NCBI GenBank assembly: GCA_963841915.1
Contig: CAWJEN010000005.1
Span: forward strand, 352,001-416,000
Length of the DNA stretch: 64,000 nucleotides
Source of the DNA: an uncultured Planctomycetota bacterium
Lineage (GTDB): Bacteria > Planctomycetota > Phycisphaerae > Tepidisphaerales > Tepidisphaeraceae
Direction of reading: 5' to 3'
How positions within the stretch are numbered: position 1 is the stretch's first letter; every line of letters begins with the position of its first letter. A program made the translations under genes and the position numbers. Under the pieces are notes generated by a model. It was not told where the DNA came from. It saw nothing but the letters and a program-made list of their open reading frames with translations, and ran no database searches. Shown piece after piece: positions 51,100-60,747 of this stretch.

Positions 51100-51684
51100 A
51101 TGCCTGAGTCTGCAGTACGGTTTGCGGTCACCTGCTATTGCAGCAGTTGCAAGGTGGACCAAGCGTTTCACGACGCTGCGGCGAGACTGGGACACGAGAT
51201 CGGCACCCGCAGCTGGACGCTGATTTACGGTGGAAACTACTGCGGACTCATGGCAGACGTGGCCGACGGCGTAAGGAACGGCGGCGGCCGCGTCGTCGGC
51301 ATCTCGCCGCCCTTCTTCGGCGACGTCGACGACAAGCTCGCCGACGAGTTCGTCGTTGCCACCGACATGCGGCACCGCAAGGCCGAGATGGAACGCCGCG
51401 GCGACGCCTTCGTCATCCTGCCCGGCGGCATCGGGACGCTCGAAGAGTTCTTCGAAATCCTCGTCGGTCGACATCTGGCGGTGCATGACAAGCCGGTCCT
51501 GCTCGTCAACATCAATGGCTTCTACGACCCGCTGATCGCTTGGCTACGGCAGAGTACCGATACCGGCTTTGTGCGGCCGGCGGTGTGGGATCAACTCGAA
51601 GTGGTTGCCGATGTGGAGGCGGTGGCGAGGCGGCTTTCGCAGGCGGCCACCGCTACGGTGGCCGGCGATGCAGCGACCGGATGA
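51100..51684 (+). CDS. LOG family (TIGR00730) nucleotide monophosphate nucleosidase
   Basis: LIYGG, GLM, MRHRK, PGGIGTLEE, NGFYDPL. Confidence 0.93.
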   Translation: MPESAVRFAVTCYCSSCKVDQAFHDAAARLGHEIGTRSWTLIYGGNYCGLMADVADGVRNGGGRVVGISPPFFGDVDDKLADEFVVATDMRHRKAEMERRGDAFVILPGGIGTLEEFFEILVGRHLAVHDKPVLLVNINGFYDPLIAWLRQSTDTGFVRPAVWDQLEVVADVEAVARRLSQAATATVAGDAATG

Positions 51685-53353
51685 AATTCCTGCTGTTCCC
51701 TCGAGGACGCCCATCGTCGTCTCGTGGCTGCCGACGCTGTTGCTGGTGCCGACGCTGCTGGCGCTGTTTCTGACGCAGGACTCAGCCTGGGATCGATGGG
51801 CGTTGCAGGTCGCTTGCGTCGTCGTCCTGCTGGCCTCGGCTGTAGTCGTCGTGCTGTCGATGATGCTTGGCCGACGTCGCGTTGCGATGCCGCCCATGGC
51901 CGTGCTGGGAATCGTCGCGGCCAGCGTGTGGCTCTGGTGCTACGTCAACAGCGGCTTTGTCGACTGGGCTCAGGCGGCCCGGGCGGGTGACGGGCCGGGA
52001 TCGCGCGACCTCATCACGCGAAAGACGGTGCTCAACTATCACTGGCCTAATTACGGCACCGTCACGTCACCGGCGACATGGCTGCGGACGCTTGCCGTTA
52101 TTGCGGGCACGGTAACGGGTGCGGTGCTGGTTTGGCTTGCCGTGCACGCCCGTCGGCCGTTCATGGTGGCCGCTCTGGCGTCGCTCGCCATGGCCGCTTC
52201 GGCGGCGGGTGTGGCCCTGGGTGATCGGCCAGATCGCTGGTCGGGCGGCATGAGCGTTCAGGTCTGGAACGACCTCTACGTGGGCGTCACCGGCACAAAC
52301 GACGTCAATGGCATACCGACCCTGTTCCGAGAGTTCCATGCGTACCAGCGTGGCGACCTCGATCATCGCATCGGGCGCCTGCGGCAGTCGCACTACCCGA
52401 TCGGCCCGATCCTGCTGTACGGGCCAATGGGCGTGGTGCCGGGAAAGGTTCTGGTCTTTCTGCTGGCGTGCGGGTCGCCGATGCTGCTGTTCTTCGGTAT
52501 TCGAGCGTGGGGCGGGAGTTGCCGCGTTGCGTCGCTGTCGGCAGCGGTGCTGGCGGTCGACACGGAGCTGGTCCTGCAGGCGTCGCTGTACGTCGGTTCG
52601 CTGCTGCTGCCAGCAGCGTGCGGCGGGATCTGGCTCTGCGGCATTGCTCTCGGGCTCGGCCAAACTACATCGGTCCGAAGGCGAATGGCAGGTGCATTGG
52701 GACTCGGTGTGCTCGTGTGGGCAACCGTGCTGTTCACGTTCGGCATCGGCTTCTGGACCATTGCCACGGGCCTCGCCGGGCTCTGCATGGGGCTGCTTGG
52801 CCGAACCACTGCCAGTCGCCTCTCCATCACGGCTTTGCTCGCCTTGATCGGCCTCGTCAGCTTTACCCTGCTGACGTGGCTTCTGACCGGCTACAACGGC
52901 TACGACGCACTTCACACCGCACGCGGAGGCCACCACTCGGGCGTCATTCCGCCGATCTGGCGTGTCGGCGAATCCCTCTATTACTACAAGTCCGTCGGCA
53001 ACGCGATTGGCTTCTGGAGTGGACATGCCGTCGTGCTGGCTTTTGCGGTGCTCGGATTGCTGACGGTGGCCGTGCGGCGTGGGCCAAGCACTCCTGTCGC
53101 CGACGATGCAGGGCCGCTCGCCCTCGCGGCTGTGGCAGTGCTAGCCATTCCGGCTCTGGCCTTCAGCGGCAACTTCGCACTGGAGACTGAACGCGTCTGG
53201 CTGTTTCTCGCCCCCGCTTTGGCAGCCGGTGGCGGGTGGTGGCTGAGCCGCATCGAGCAGCAAAGCACCAGCAAAGGCGTCGGGATGGCGCTACTGACCT
53301 CTGCTGCGGTGACGGTGGTAACGTCCCTCGTTTACCGCAATACGCTCGGCTAA
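51668..53353 (+). CDS. Multi-pass membrane protein, possible GT-C glycosyltransferase
   Basis: More than 10 hydrophobic segments; HYPIGP and ETERVWLF motifs. Confidence 0.6.
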   Translation: MQRPDEIPAVPSRTPIVVSWLPTLLLVPTLLALFLTQDSAWDRWALQVACVVVLLASAVVVVLSMMLGRRRVAMPPMAVLGIVAASVWLWCYVNSGFVDWAQAARAGDGPGSRDLITRKTVLNYHWPNYGTVTSPATWLRTLAVIAGTVTGAVLVWLAVHARRPFMVAALASLAMAASAAGVALGDRPDRWSGGMSVQVWNDLYVGVTGTNDVNGIPTLFREFHAYQRGDLDHRIGRLRQSHYPIGPILLYGPMGVVPGKVLVFLLACGSPMLLFFGIRAWGGSCRVASLSAAVLAVDTELVLQASLYVGSLLLPAACGGIWLCGIALGLGQTTSVRRRMAGALGLGVLVWATVLFTFGIGFWTIATGLAGLCMGLLGRTTASRLSITALLALIGLVSFTLLTWLLTGYNGYDALHTARGGHHSGVIPPIWRVGESLYYYKSVGNAIGFWSGHAVVLAFAVLGLLTVAVRRGPSTPVADDAGPLALAAVAVLAIPALAFSGNFALETERVWLFLAPALAAGGGWWLSRIEQQSTSKGVGMALLTSAAVTVVTSLVYRNTLG

Positions 53354-53484
53354 ACCGGCAGTGGTCACACAGCGTGTCACACAATGGCCCTGTACGATTA
53401 GGCAGGTGTGGGGCCGACGAACGGCTGCAAGAAACATCCCCAAACCAGCGTTAAGCGGCTTTTAAAGCTGCATTCGCAACCCGG

Positions 53485-54117
53485 GGCAGACAAAGGAGTC
53501 GCGGGCCTGTTGTTCACCTTGATGGCGAATAAAGGGGTCGCGAGCCTTGTTGTGGCTTACCCGGCATTAGCGGGCCGACATCTGGGCGGCGAATAAAGGG
53601 GTCGGGCGAATAAAGGGGTCGCGAGCCTTTGTTTTGGCTCACCCGGCGGCGAATAAAGGGAGGCGGCGAATAAAGGGGTCGCGAGCCTTTGTTTTGGCTT
53701 ACTTGGCATTAGCGGGCCGACATCTGGGCGAATAAAGGGGTCGCGAGCCTTTGTTTTGGCTTACTTGGCATTAGCGGGCCGACATCTGGCTTGGTGGAGG
53801 GCTGCCGCACGCGGTTCATCTTAATGGATTCCGCCCGTGTCGGACACCGGGCGACGGCGGGCCCCGCGGCCGCAGGACGAGGTGCCAGTGGTTCGGCATC
53901 AGGCACCACGCCAACACGTCGACCCGCTTGGCCTTGCCGGCGAATAAAGGGGTCGCGAGCCTTTGTTTGGGCGAATAAAGGGGGGCGAATAAAGGGGTCG
54001 CGAGCCTTTGTTTTGGCTCACCCGGCATTAGCGGGCCGACACCAGGCATGGTGGAGGGCTGCCGCACGCGGTTCACCGTAATGGATTCCGCCCGTGTCGG
54101 ACAGCGGGCGACGGCGG
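53485..54117 (+). repeat. Array of REP-like direct repeats GGCGAATAAAGGGGTCGCGAGCCTTTGTT with a 134-bp duplicated unit
   Basis: Full copies at 53524, 53605, 53665, 53727, 53939, 53984; truncated at 53588, 53648, 53970; degenerate at 53485. Unit 53727-53860 resembles 53984-54117. Confidence 0.9.
53861..53938 (-). pseudogene. 78-bp fragment of a REP-associated (Y1 HUH) tyrosine transposase
   Basis: Translates GKAKRVDVLAWCLMPNHWHLVLRPRG, matching the xxCLMPNHxHL HUH motif. Confidence 0.8.
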
Positions 54118-54449
54118 ACGCTGCGGCAGCGTTCGGAGGGGCGGCGGCACGTTGGGAGCTGCTGCTGGTCAACATTTCTGGCGTCGTGGTGGGATGACGG
54201 GTCTGCTTGCCGAAGGCGTCGGCTGATTCGTCGACGAGTCACCGCTGCAAAGGGCTAGTACGCGATTGGAAGCGGTCCTATCAGGCGACTGTGTTGCGCG
54301 TTGGCGGCCGCGGCGGCGGGTATGTTCTACGACCGCAAACACACGTACGGCGGCCTTCCCTTGTGTTACGGCAAACGCAATCGGTGGCGCTCCGCTTACT
54401 CAGTAAGAACGACCCGTCGACGCGTTTTCATGTGCCGGGCGGTGCCCAT

Positions 54450-54465
54450 TGTTCCACGTGGAACA
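54450..54465. promoter_or_regulatory. parS site
   Basis: TGTTCCACGTGGAACA. Confidence 0.9.
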
Positions 54466-54525
54466 GCGGCCGAGCCTCGGCGACGGTGGCAGACCCGTCT
54501 GGCGGGTCCTGGCGAGGGTGGTCCA

Positions 54526-54541
54526 TGTTCCACGTGGAACA
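54526..54541. promoter_or_regulatory. parS site
   Basis: TGTTCCACGTGGAACA. Confidence 0.9.
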
Positions 54542-54637
54542 TTGGACGCTCGGATCGCGATCTGCCCCCCACGTTGGCCGCCGCCGCGCAACGGTTGAAA
54601 TGGCCTCGACGGAAGTTTCTGCGGCTTTTGTGCATGC

Positions 54638-54662
54638 AAAAGGCCGATCGTTGATCGGCCTT
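54638..54662 (-). terminator. Terminator after tRNA-Ile
   Basis: AAGGCCGATC-GTT-GATCGGCCTT with a T-run on the minus strand. Confidence 0.65.
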
Positions 54663-54678
54663 GCGGGATCTACTTCAG

Positions 54679-54752
54679 TGGGCGCACGTGGACTCGAACC
54701 ACGGACCTCGTCCTTATCAGGGACGCGCTCTAACCAGCTGAGCTATGCGCCC
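54679..54752 (-). tRNA. tRNA-Ile(GAT)
   Basis: GGGCGCA/TGCGCCC acceptor stem, CGTCC-CTGATAA-GGACG anticodon arm, GGTTCGAGTCC. Confidence 0.95.
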
Positions 54753-54797
54753 GGTTAGCGGGCCGGGACGGTAGGACGCCGACCCGCGGTGTCAAGC

Positions 54798-57467
54798 CTA
54801 GCGGCTTGCCCGCTCCTCGGTGGAGGCGAAGATCGATGCCGGACGGCTCAGCGATTGGCCGAACCCGCCGCGGAGCAGGGCGAAGTCGAGGATGCTGGTG
54901 CTGGCGTCGTAGTTGAAGTCGCCCTCGGACCAGACGGTGTCAGGCTGCCCGAAGCCGCTGCGAAGGCGGGCGAAGTCGAGAATGCTGACGGCGGCGTCGA
55001 GGTTGGCGTCTCCGTAGAGGGATCGTTTGAGCAGCACGTCGTCTTGGTCGAGTGCGAAGCCGAGATCGTCGTCGAGCTCCACATCACCCGCCGAGCCGTA
55101 GCCGACACCGACGAAGGAGGAGGTCGCGTTGCTGACGATGCCGAATCCGTTCCAGGCACCGCCGGCGTAGCCGCTGGCGACCTGGTCGGCGACGAAGGAT
55201 TCCGCCCCGCCGCCGGTCGCGGTGAGCAGGACGATCTGGTCGCCGATGTCGAGTTGGCTGTCGCTTTCGATATCGAGCCCGGGCGCGGTTGCGGTACCGA
55301 CCGGTCCGCTGACTCGCCAGGCGGCGTCGGCGGGACCGACCAGCGTCGCCTCGGCCCCGTCAAGGACAGACAAACCGGCGAGTCGCACGGCTTGGCCCGG
55401 ACCAGGCGTCTGCGTCAGCAGCAGTTCGCCGTCGAGCTCAACGGAGGATTCGTCGAAGGTGACCGTCGGAGCGTTGGCGTACGTGCCAACGGGCACGATC
55501 AGGTCATCAGCGTCGAACTGCACGACACCGCCCCTTGCCGACGCGTTAAGTGACTCGAAAGGCAGTTGGACGCGGATGGGGCTGCCGGGGCGGGCGAGCA
55601 CGGAGAAACCGTCTTGCACGTCGCCACCCAGGTCGGGGACGTAGCCGTCGACGTCAGCCGTCCAGAGTCGGAAGCTTGGCTCTGAAGGTGACGCAGAGTC
55701 ACCGATCGTGGTGCTGAGGCCTCCGCTGGCGACATTGACGTTGACGAAGTTTGCATCGCCCGCGTCGCCAAGGATGCGGACGCCGTTGCCGTTGTAGCTG
55801 TCGGGCAGCAGGACGACCGGCGTGTTGCTCGTGACCGTGTCGCCAGCGATTCGGATGACGTGGTCCTCCACCTCGCCGACACCGCCAAATCCGCCCGGAC
55901 CGGTGACTGCGTTGCCGCGGCTGAGGCGATAGCGTGCGTAGGTGTCACCGACGAGGGCACCAGCGGGCACATCGACAGGTGCCGTGATCACAAGGGCGTT
56001 AGGTGACACGGCAACACTGTCGACCGCGTGTTCACCGGCATCGTTCCAGTCGCCGTCGCGGTTCCAGTCAAACCAGGCGTCAAGTCGTGCGTCGCTGAAG
56101 CTGTTGCGCAGGTTGACCCTCACGGCGTTCTTCAAGCCGCGGGCAAAGGCCTGCGGGAAAACAGCGTCCTCGTCATCGCTGCCGCCGATGTCATCGCCTG
56201 TCGCGTTGATGCTCGACTGCCCGTCGGTCTCGAGGTCACCACCGACGGCACCGAGGGAGAAGCCGGGCGTCACCGAGTGCCTCGCGCCGTCGCTGGCCAG
56301 GAGCGTCGGGTATCGCAGGATCGAGCCGGAGAACTCGGGTGCATCGCCGAAGTCGAACGTCTGAACGGGCGGCGTGAAGGTGTTGATGGTGACCTGGTAG
56401 TCCTCGACCTCGCCGAAGCCGCCGTCTTCAATGGGTGATGTGACAACCTTGTCGCTGAATCGGAACCGCATGAACGTCTGCCCGGCACTTGCACCGCTGG
56501 GAACGCTGATATCGATGTCGTTCGCACCGGCCCGAATGACATCCTGGAACACGAGGTCACTTTGATCGAACTCGCCGTTGCCGTCGAGGTCGAGCCAGAC
56601 GGACAGTTGGCCGTCGTCGCCTGCCGTCACTCGGACGGTGTCGGTGCGGTTCTGACGGAAGTCATCTGAGAACTCGACGCCGTCCTCGTCGTCAACGGCC
56701 TTTGGATTCTCGTCGTCCTTGTCGGCGTTAGGGCTGGGCTGGCCGTCGTTTTCGCTGTCCCAGGCCTCACCGAGGATGAGTTTGGACTGGAACTGGTGGC
56801 GAGCGCCTTTACCAGCCAGGGTGGTGCCGTAGCTGTCAGGAGCGTCACCGAAATCGTCCTGCGTGACCGGGGGCACCCCGTCGTCGATGCGGATGCGGTA
56901 GTCCTCGACTTCGCCTGCCGCTCCGATGCCGGTGGCGCCGGGGATCACATCGTTGGAGACGCGGAAGCGGGCGTAGGTGTCGCCGTTCTTCGCACCTGCT
57001 GGTACCGCGACGTTGAACGTGTTACTGCCCTGCTGCACCGGGCCGTCGTAGATGAGGTCGCCTGCGTCGAACCGACCATCGCCGCCGAAATCGATCCATG
57101 CCATTGCCATACCCGGCTCGTTGGCGACCAACATCGTGACCGGGAACGAGCTTCCGGGTGGCACGGCGGCCGGCAGGCTCACGCCGTCTTCGTCGTCAAC
57201 GTTGTCAGCGTCATCGCCAAGGGCGTTTGTGCTGGGCAGGCCGTTACTTTCGATGTCGATACTGGCACCGAAGCGAATCTCCGCCGGGGCCACCTCGTGC
57301 ACGGCACCGTTGTCAGCTCGAAGCGTTCCGTACGAGGCGGGTGCGTCGCCGAAGTCGCTCTCACCGCTCGGAAACGGATACATCTCGGCTACCGGGTTGG
57401 CGGCAAGCAGGACGCGGCGGTCAAGACGTTCGATGCGAGCAGTAGCAGCGAGTGTTTCTCTCTCCAT
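54798..57467 (-). CDS. GEVED-repeat extracellular-type protein with LEPR-XLL motif and C-terminal dockerin-like domain
   Basis: ERLDRRVLLA; three DFGDAP...GEVED[YH] units; GDANLD/GDFNYD...SILDF repeats. Confidence 0.88.
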   Translation of the reverse strand: MERETLAATARIERLDRRVLLAANPVAEMYPFPSGESDFGDAPASYGTLRADNGAVHEVAPAEIRFGASIDIESNGLPSTNALGDDADNVDDEDGVSLPAAVPPGSSFPVTMLVANEPGMAMAWIDFGGDGRFDAGDLIYDGPVQQGSNTFNVAVPAGAKNGDTYARFRVSNDVIPGATGIGAAGEVEDYRIRIDDGVPPVTQDDFGDAPDSYGTTLAGKGARHQFQSKLILGEAWDSENDGQPSPNADKDDENPKAVDDEDGVEFSDDFRQNRTDTVRVTAGDDGQLSVWLDLDGNGEFDQSDLVFQDVIRAGANDIDISVPSGASAGQTFMRFRFSDKVVTSPIEDGGFGEVEDYQVTINTFTPPVQTFDFGDAPEFSGSILRYPTLLASDGARHSVTPGFSLGAVGGDLETDGQSSINATGDDIGGSDDEDAVFPQAFARGLKNAVRVNLRNSFSDARLDAWFDWNRDGDWNDAGEHAVDSVAVSPNALVITAPVDVPAGALVGDTYARYRLSRGNAVTGPGGFGGVGEVEDHVIRIAGDTVTSNTPVVLLPDSYNGNGVRILGDAGDANFVNVNVASGGLSTTIGDSASPSEPSFRLWTADVDGYVPDLGGDVQDGFSVLARPGSPIRVQLPFESLNASARGGVVQFDADDLIVPVGTYANAPTVTFDESSVELDGELLLTQTPGPGQAVRLAGLSVLDGAEATLVGPADAAWRVSGPVGTATAPGLDIESDSQLDIGDQIVLLTATGGGAESFVADQVASGYAGGAWNGFGIVSNATSSFVGVGYGSAGDVELDDDLGFALDQDDVLLKRSLYGDANLDAAVSILDFARLRSGFGQPDTVWSEGDFNYDASTSILDFALLRGGFGQSLSRPASIFASTEERASR

Positions 57468-57599
57468 GCGTCGCAACCTATCGCTAAGGCCGGCTGGGCA
57501 ACATCTTTTTGCCGCAGTTGCCGTCATTTTTGCTGTTCTACGCTGCCGCGTGACCGCTCCGTACCACTTCGACAGGTTCTAACGCTTACGACGACCTGC

Positions 57600-58904
57600 T
57601 TGCAGGGCAACTGCTGCGTCGTCGGCCTCCAATGGGGCGACGAAGGCAAAGGCAAGATCGTCGACGTTCTCACCGAGTCGGCCGACGTCGTCGTCCGCTA
57701 CTGCGGCGGAGCTAATGCAGGTCACAGCGTCAAGATCGGCGACAAGCGCTACGCTACCCACCTGCTGCCCGTCGGTGTCTTCCGCGACGGCGTCATGAAC
57801 TACCTGGGTAACGGCGTGGTGATCGACCCCGACGTACTCATCCGCGAGATCGACACGTTGAACAAGGAAGGCGTCGCCGTTACGCCCGCCAACCTGCGGA
57901 TCAGCTACAAGGCGCACGTCGTCATGCCGTACCACAAGGTCGCCGACGCCGCCCGCGAGATGCGCATGGCAGGCGAGGCCATCGGCACCACGCGTCGCGG
58001 CATCGGTCCGGCCTACAGCGACAAGGCCACCCGTTCGACGGCCATCCGCGTGGCCGACCTGGCCGGCGTTGTCGACCTGCCCGACGGCGAGAAGCGGCTG
58101 ATGGACAAGGTGTATGCCATCGTCGAGGAGCGGAACATCGTGCTGGCCGCCCTGTACGAGACGCCGCCGACGGATCCGGAAGAGGTGTATCAGCAGTGTC
58201 TTGAATGGGGCCGCCGTTTGCACCCCTTTGTCAGCGATACGGGCAGGCGGCTGCTGCTCGATCGCGAGGCGAACAAGAAGATCGTCTTCGAAGGAGCTCA
58301 TGCCGTCCTGCTCGACCTTGACCACGGCACGTTTCCGTACGTCACGAGCTCCAACTGCTCTGCCCTTGGCCTCTTCACCGGTGCTGGCGTCCCGCCGCGG
58401 AGCGTGGAGCAGTTCGTCGGAGTGCTGAAGGCATACTCGACCCGCGTCGGCGGTGGACCGTTCCCGACGGAGCTGCACGACGACGTCGGCAGCGCCATCC
58501 GCGAGCGTGGGCGCGAGTACGGCACGACCACCGGTCGCCCACGTCGCGTCGGTTGGTTCGACGCCGTCGCCGCCCGGTACGCCAGCGATCTGTGCGGCTG
58601 CACGTCGCTGACGATCAACCTGCTCGACGTGCTCAGCGGCATCGGCACGCTGCAGATCTGCACCGGCTACACACTCGGCGGCGAGCCGCTCGACTACTTC
58701 CGGGCCGACATGGACACACTCGCCGGTGTCTCGCCCGTCTTCGAAGAGCTGACCGGCTGGGACGAAGACATCAGCGGCTGCCGCAACTACAGCGACCTGC
58801 CTGCCGCGGCCAGGGCATACGTCGAACGCATCGAAGCTGCCTGCGGCGTCCGCGTGGCCATGGTCAGCGTCGGCCCGGAGCGTGACGCCATCCTCCGTCG
58901 TTAG
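57600..58904 (+). CDS. purA: Adenylosuccinate synthetase
   Basis: GLQWGDEGKGK, GGANAGH, GIGPAY, GTFPYVTSS, GTTTGRPRR; TTG start. Confidence 0.96.
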   Translation: MQGNCCVVGLQWGDEGKGKIVDVLTESADVVVRYCGGANAGHSVKIGDKRYATHLLPVGVFRDGVMNYLGNGVVIDPDVLIREIDTLNKEGVAVTPANLRISYKAHVVMPYHKVADAAREMRMAGEAIGTTRRGIGPAYSDKATRSTAIRVADLAGVVDLPDGEKRLMDKVYAIVEERNIVLAALYETPPTDPEEVYQQCLEWGRRLHPFVSDTGRRLLLDREANKKIVFEGAHAVLLDLDHGTFPYVTSSNCSALGLFTGAGVPPRSVEQFVGVLKAYSTRVGGGPFPTELHDDVGSAIRERGREYGTTTGRPRRVGWFDAVAARYASDLCGCTSLTINLLDVLSGIGTLQICTGYTLGGEPLDYFRADMDTLAGVSPVFEELTGWDEDISGCRNYSDLPAAARAYVERIEAACGVRVAMVSVGPERDAILRR

Positions 58905-60676
58905 AACGACACTTCTTCGTCGCCTGCTTGCAGCAGGCCCCGCAGATCGACGGGCGGCAGCTCCGGAGCTGGCAGCATCACCCCAGGCAAAACGCCAGAT
59001 GCTGGCCCGCTACCGACACGGATAAGCGTGACATCGCCGCGTCGCCACAACACGCGATCCTTCGGCGGCTGATACATCACCGGCACGACCGGTTCACCGG
59101 CCGCCGTGTTCGTCACCTCCCGACGCACCGCCTCGATCGCCATCTGCCGCATCGGCTCGACCTGTGGCAAGCGATCAAGCATGTGGGCACGAAACAGGAA
59201 CACGTCCACCCCGTACACGTCCGCCAGCTGATCGACCGTCGCCCAATCGGTTGCGTAGTACGCGTCGAAGCTCGCCTGCAGACGTGGCACGAAGTAGGTC
59301 TCGAAAAACTGCGGGTAATACGGTTGCGCTACCTCGTAATTAACGAGCACCGGCCGCCCCGTCCGCAGCGGCACGTCGTCGACCTCGTCGGGCAGAGGCA
59401 AGCCCGCGATCAGCGTGTCCGGCGGCGTCGTCTGCAGATAGGCATACGTACTCGCATTGCTGGGATTCTCGCCGCGGTTGCGCAGTGCGTCGACCGACGG
59501 CTTGACCTGCATCGCCAGGTATACAGCCCACAAAGCCGCGGTGACGTAAGGCCGGAGGCTGGGCTTCAGCTTCCACCAGTCGGCCACGCGACGCCCGGCC
59601 GGAACACACAACACGCCCATCACCATCGCTAGCGACAACGGCAGCGTGATCACCACGTGCCGGTTTGGCAGATACAACATGAACAGCGTCAGGTGCGCGA
59701 TGACGAATAGCACCAGCCCTACCGCAGCCGGCAGCCACGTCATCGGCGGCAGTCGCTTGATGGCGTCGCGACCCGCGAGCAGCGCCAGAACGGCGATAAC
59801 GCCGAGACCGCCAAGCAGCCAGCCGACGCTGAGCCGCAGGCCGGTCCGGTGGTGGTCGAAGTACGTCTCGATCGGGTCGTCGAGGAACAGCGCGTTGCGT
59901 CCGTCTGGCCCGAACGAGGGCAGCGACATCGCCTTGTCGTACGTCACGACCGGCCCGTATTCCGCAGGTGGATTGCGGAGAAACAGAATGAGACTCATGG
60001 CAATTACGCCGCAGATGGTGGCGACCCACCAGTACCTCGGCAGGCGTCGGTCGCGCAGAAGCCGCCACGACTCGTAGACGACGGCGATCGCGCCGATGCT
60101 GATGATCGTGATCGGGTACAGCAACGCCGCGGCGAGGAAACAGAGGCCCAGCACGATCATCTGCCGGGCGTGCAGCGCGTATATAGCCAGTACGGTGATC
60201 GGAAGCGAGAAGCCGCGTTGCAGCAGGCCGCCCGGCATCCAGCCGTTGAGGATCGATATGCCTCCGCACGCGGCGACGCCCACGAGGCCGACCCAAGGCG
60301 AACCGCCACCGATGCGCTTGAACAGTCGCCACATCAGCCACGACGTCAGGAAGAACAAACCAAGCCCCGCCAGCTCGGCCACCATCTGGATCTCTCCCAG
60401 CCGCCCCATGACCTGAACAATGACCCGCCACAGAGGCGGCGATGCAACGTCCGACGCCTGAAACCGCGCGATCGGGTCGACCGCCAGCAAGTCCGCGCCC
60501 CAGGCCCGTTGTCCCCAGAACACGTGCTGCCGAAGGTCACCGTCGAGCGACTGGTCACGCAATAGCAGCCGGACGTACCGCCGCGTAGCGAACAGCAGCA
60601 CGAGCACGATCGCCAGCAACGCCGGCAGGCGTGAGGCCAGGGACGGTCCGGAAGGTGTGCTGTCAACATCTCGCAT
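58901..60676 (-). CDS. Multi-pass membrane protein with C-terminal soluble domain, possible GT-C glycosyltransferase
   Basis: N-terminal DGDLRQH loop, many TM segments, LPNRH, C-terminal PPDTLIAG...DDVP. Confidence 0.6.
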   Translation of the reverse strand: MRDVDSTPSGPSLASRLPALLAIVLVLLFATRRYVRLLLRDQSLDGDLRQHVFWGQRAWGADLLAVDPIARFQASDVASPPLWRVIVQVMGRLGEIQMVAELAGLGLFFLTSWLMWRLFKRIGGGSPWVGLVGVAACGGISILNGWMPGGLLQRGFSLPITVLAIYALHARQMIVLGLCFLAAALLYPITIISIGAIAVVYESWRLLRDRRLPRYWWVATICGVIAMSLILFLRNPPAEYGPVVTYDKAMSLPSFGPDGRNALFLDDPIETYFDHHRTGLRLSVGWLLGGLGVIAVLALLAGRDAIKRLPPMTWLPAAVGLVLFVIAHLTLFMLYLPNRHVVITLPLSLAMVMGVLCVPAGRRVADWWKLKPSLRPYVTAALWAVYLAMQVKPSVDALRNRGENPSNASTYAYLQTTPPDTLIAGLPLPDEVDDVPLRTGRPVLVNYEVAQPYYPQFFETYFVPRLQASFDAYYATDWATVDQLADVYGVDVFLFRAHMLDRLPQVEPMRQMAIEAVRREVTNTAAGEPVVPVMYQPPKDRVLWRRGDVTLIRVGSGPASGVLPGVMLPAPELPPVDLRGLLQAGDEEVSF

Positions 60677-60747
60677 AGCGACTCGACGGTTGTAGGCGGC
60701 ACGTGATGTCGCCCCGGCGGGCTTCGACCCGCTACCGTCGCGGCCGC

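Noticed and set aside
53485..54117. Canonical CRISPR array
   Set aside because: Spacing is irregular, spacers are mostly copies of each other, several repeats are truncated, and no cas genes are in the window.
54250..54290. Second RAYT remnant (minus strand *DRFQS, like QGRFKS)
   Set aside because: Too short and degenerate, and in the wrong order relative to the HUH fragment.
51003..54752. Integrative island between tRNA-Gly and tRNA-Ile
   Set aside because: I saw no integrase, no duplicated tRNA 3' end and no compositional shift.
56796..57599. N-terminal extension on purA (702-aa ORF)
   Set aside because: Antisense to the GEVED gene; PurA motifs begin just after TTG 57600.
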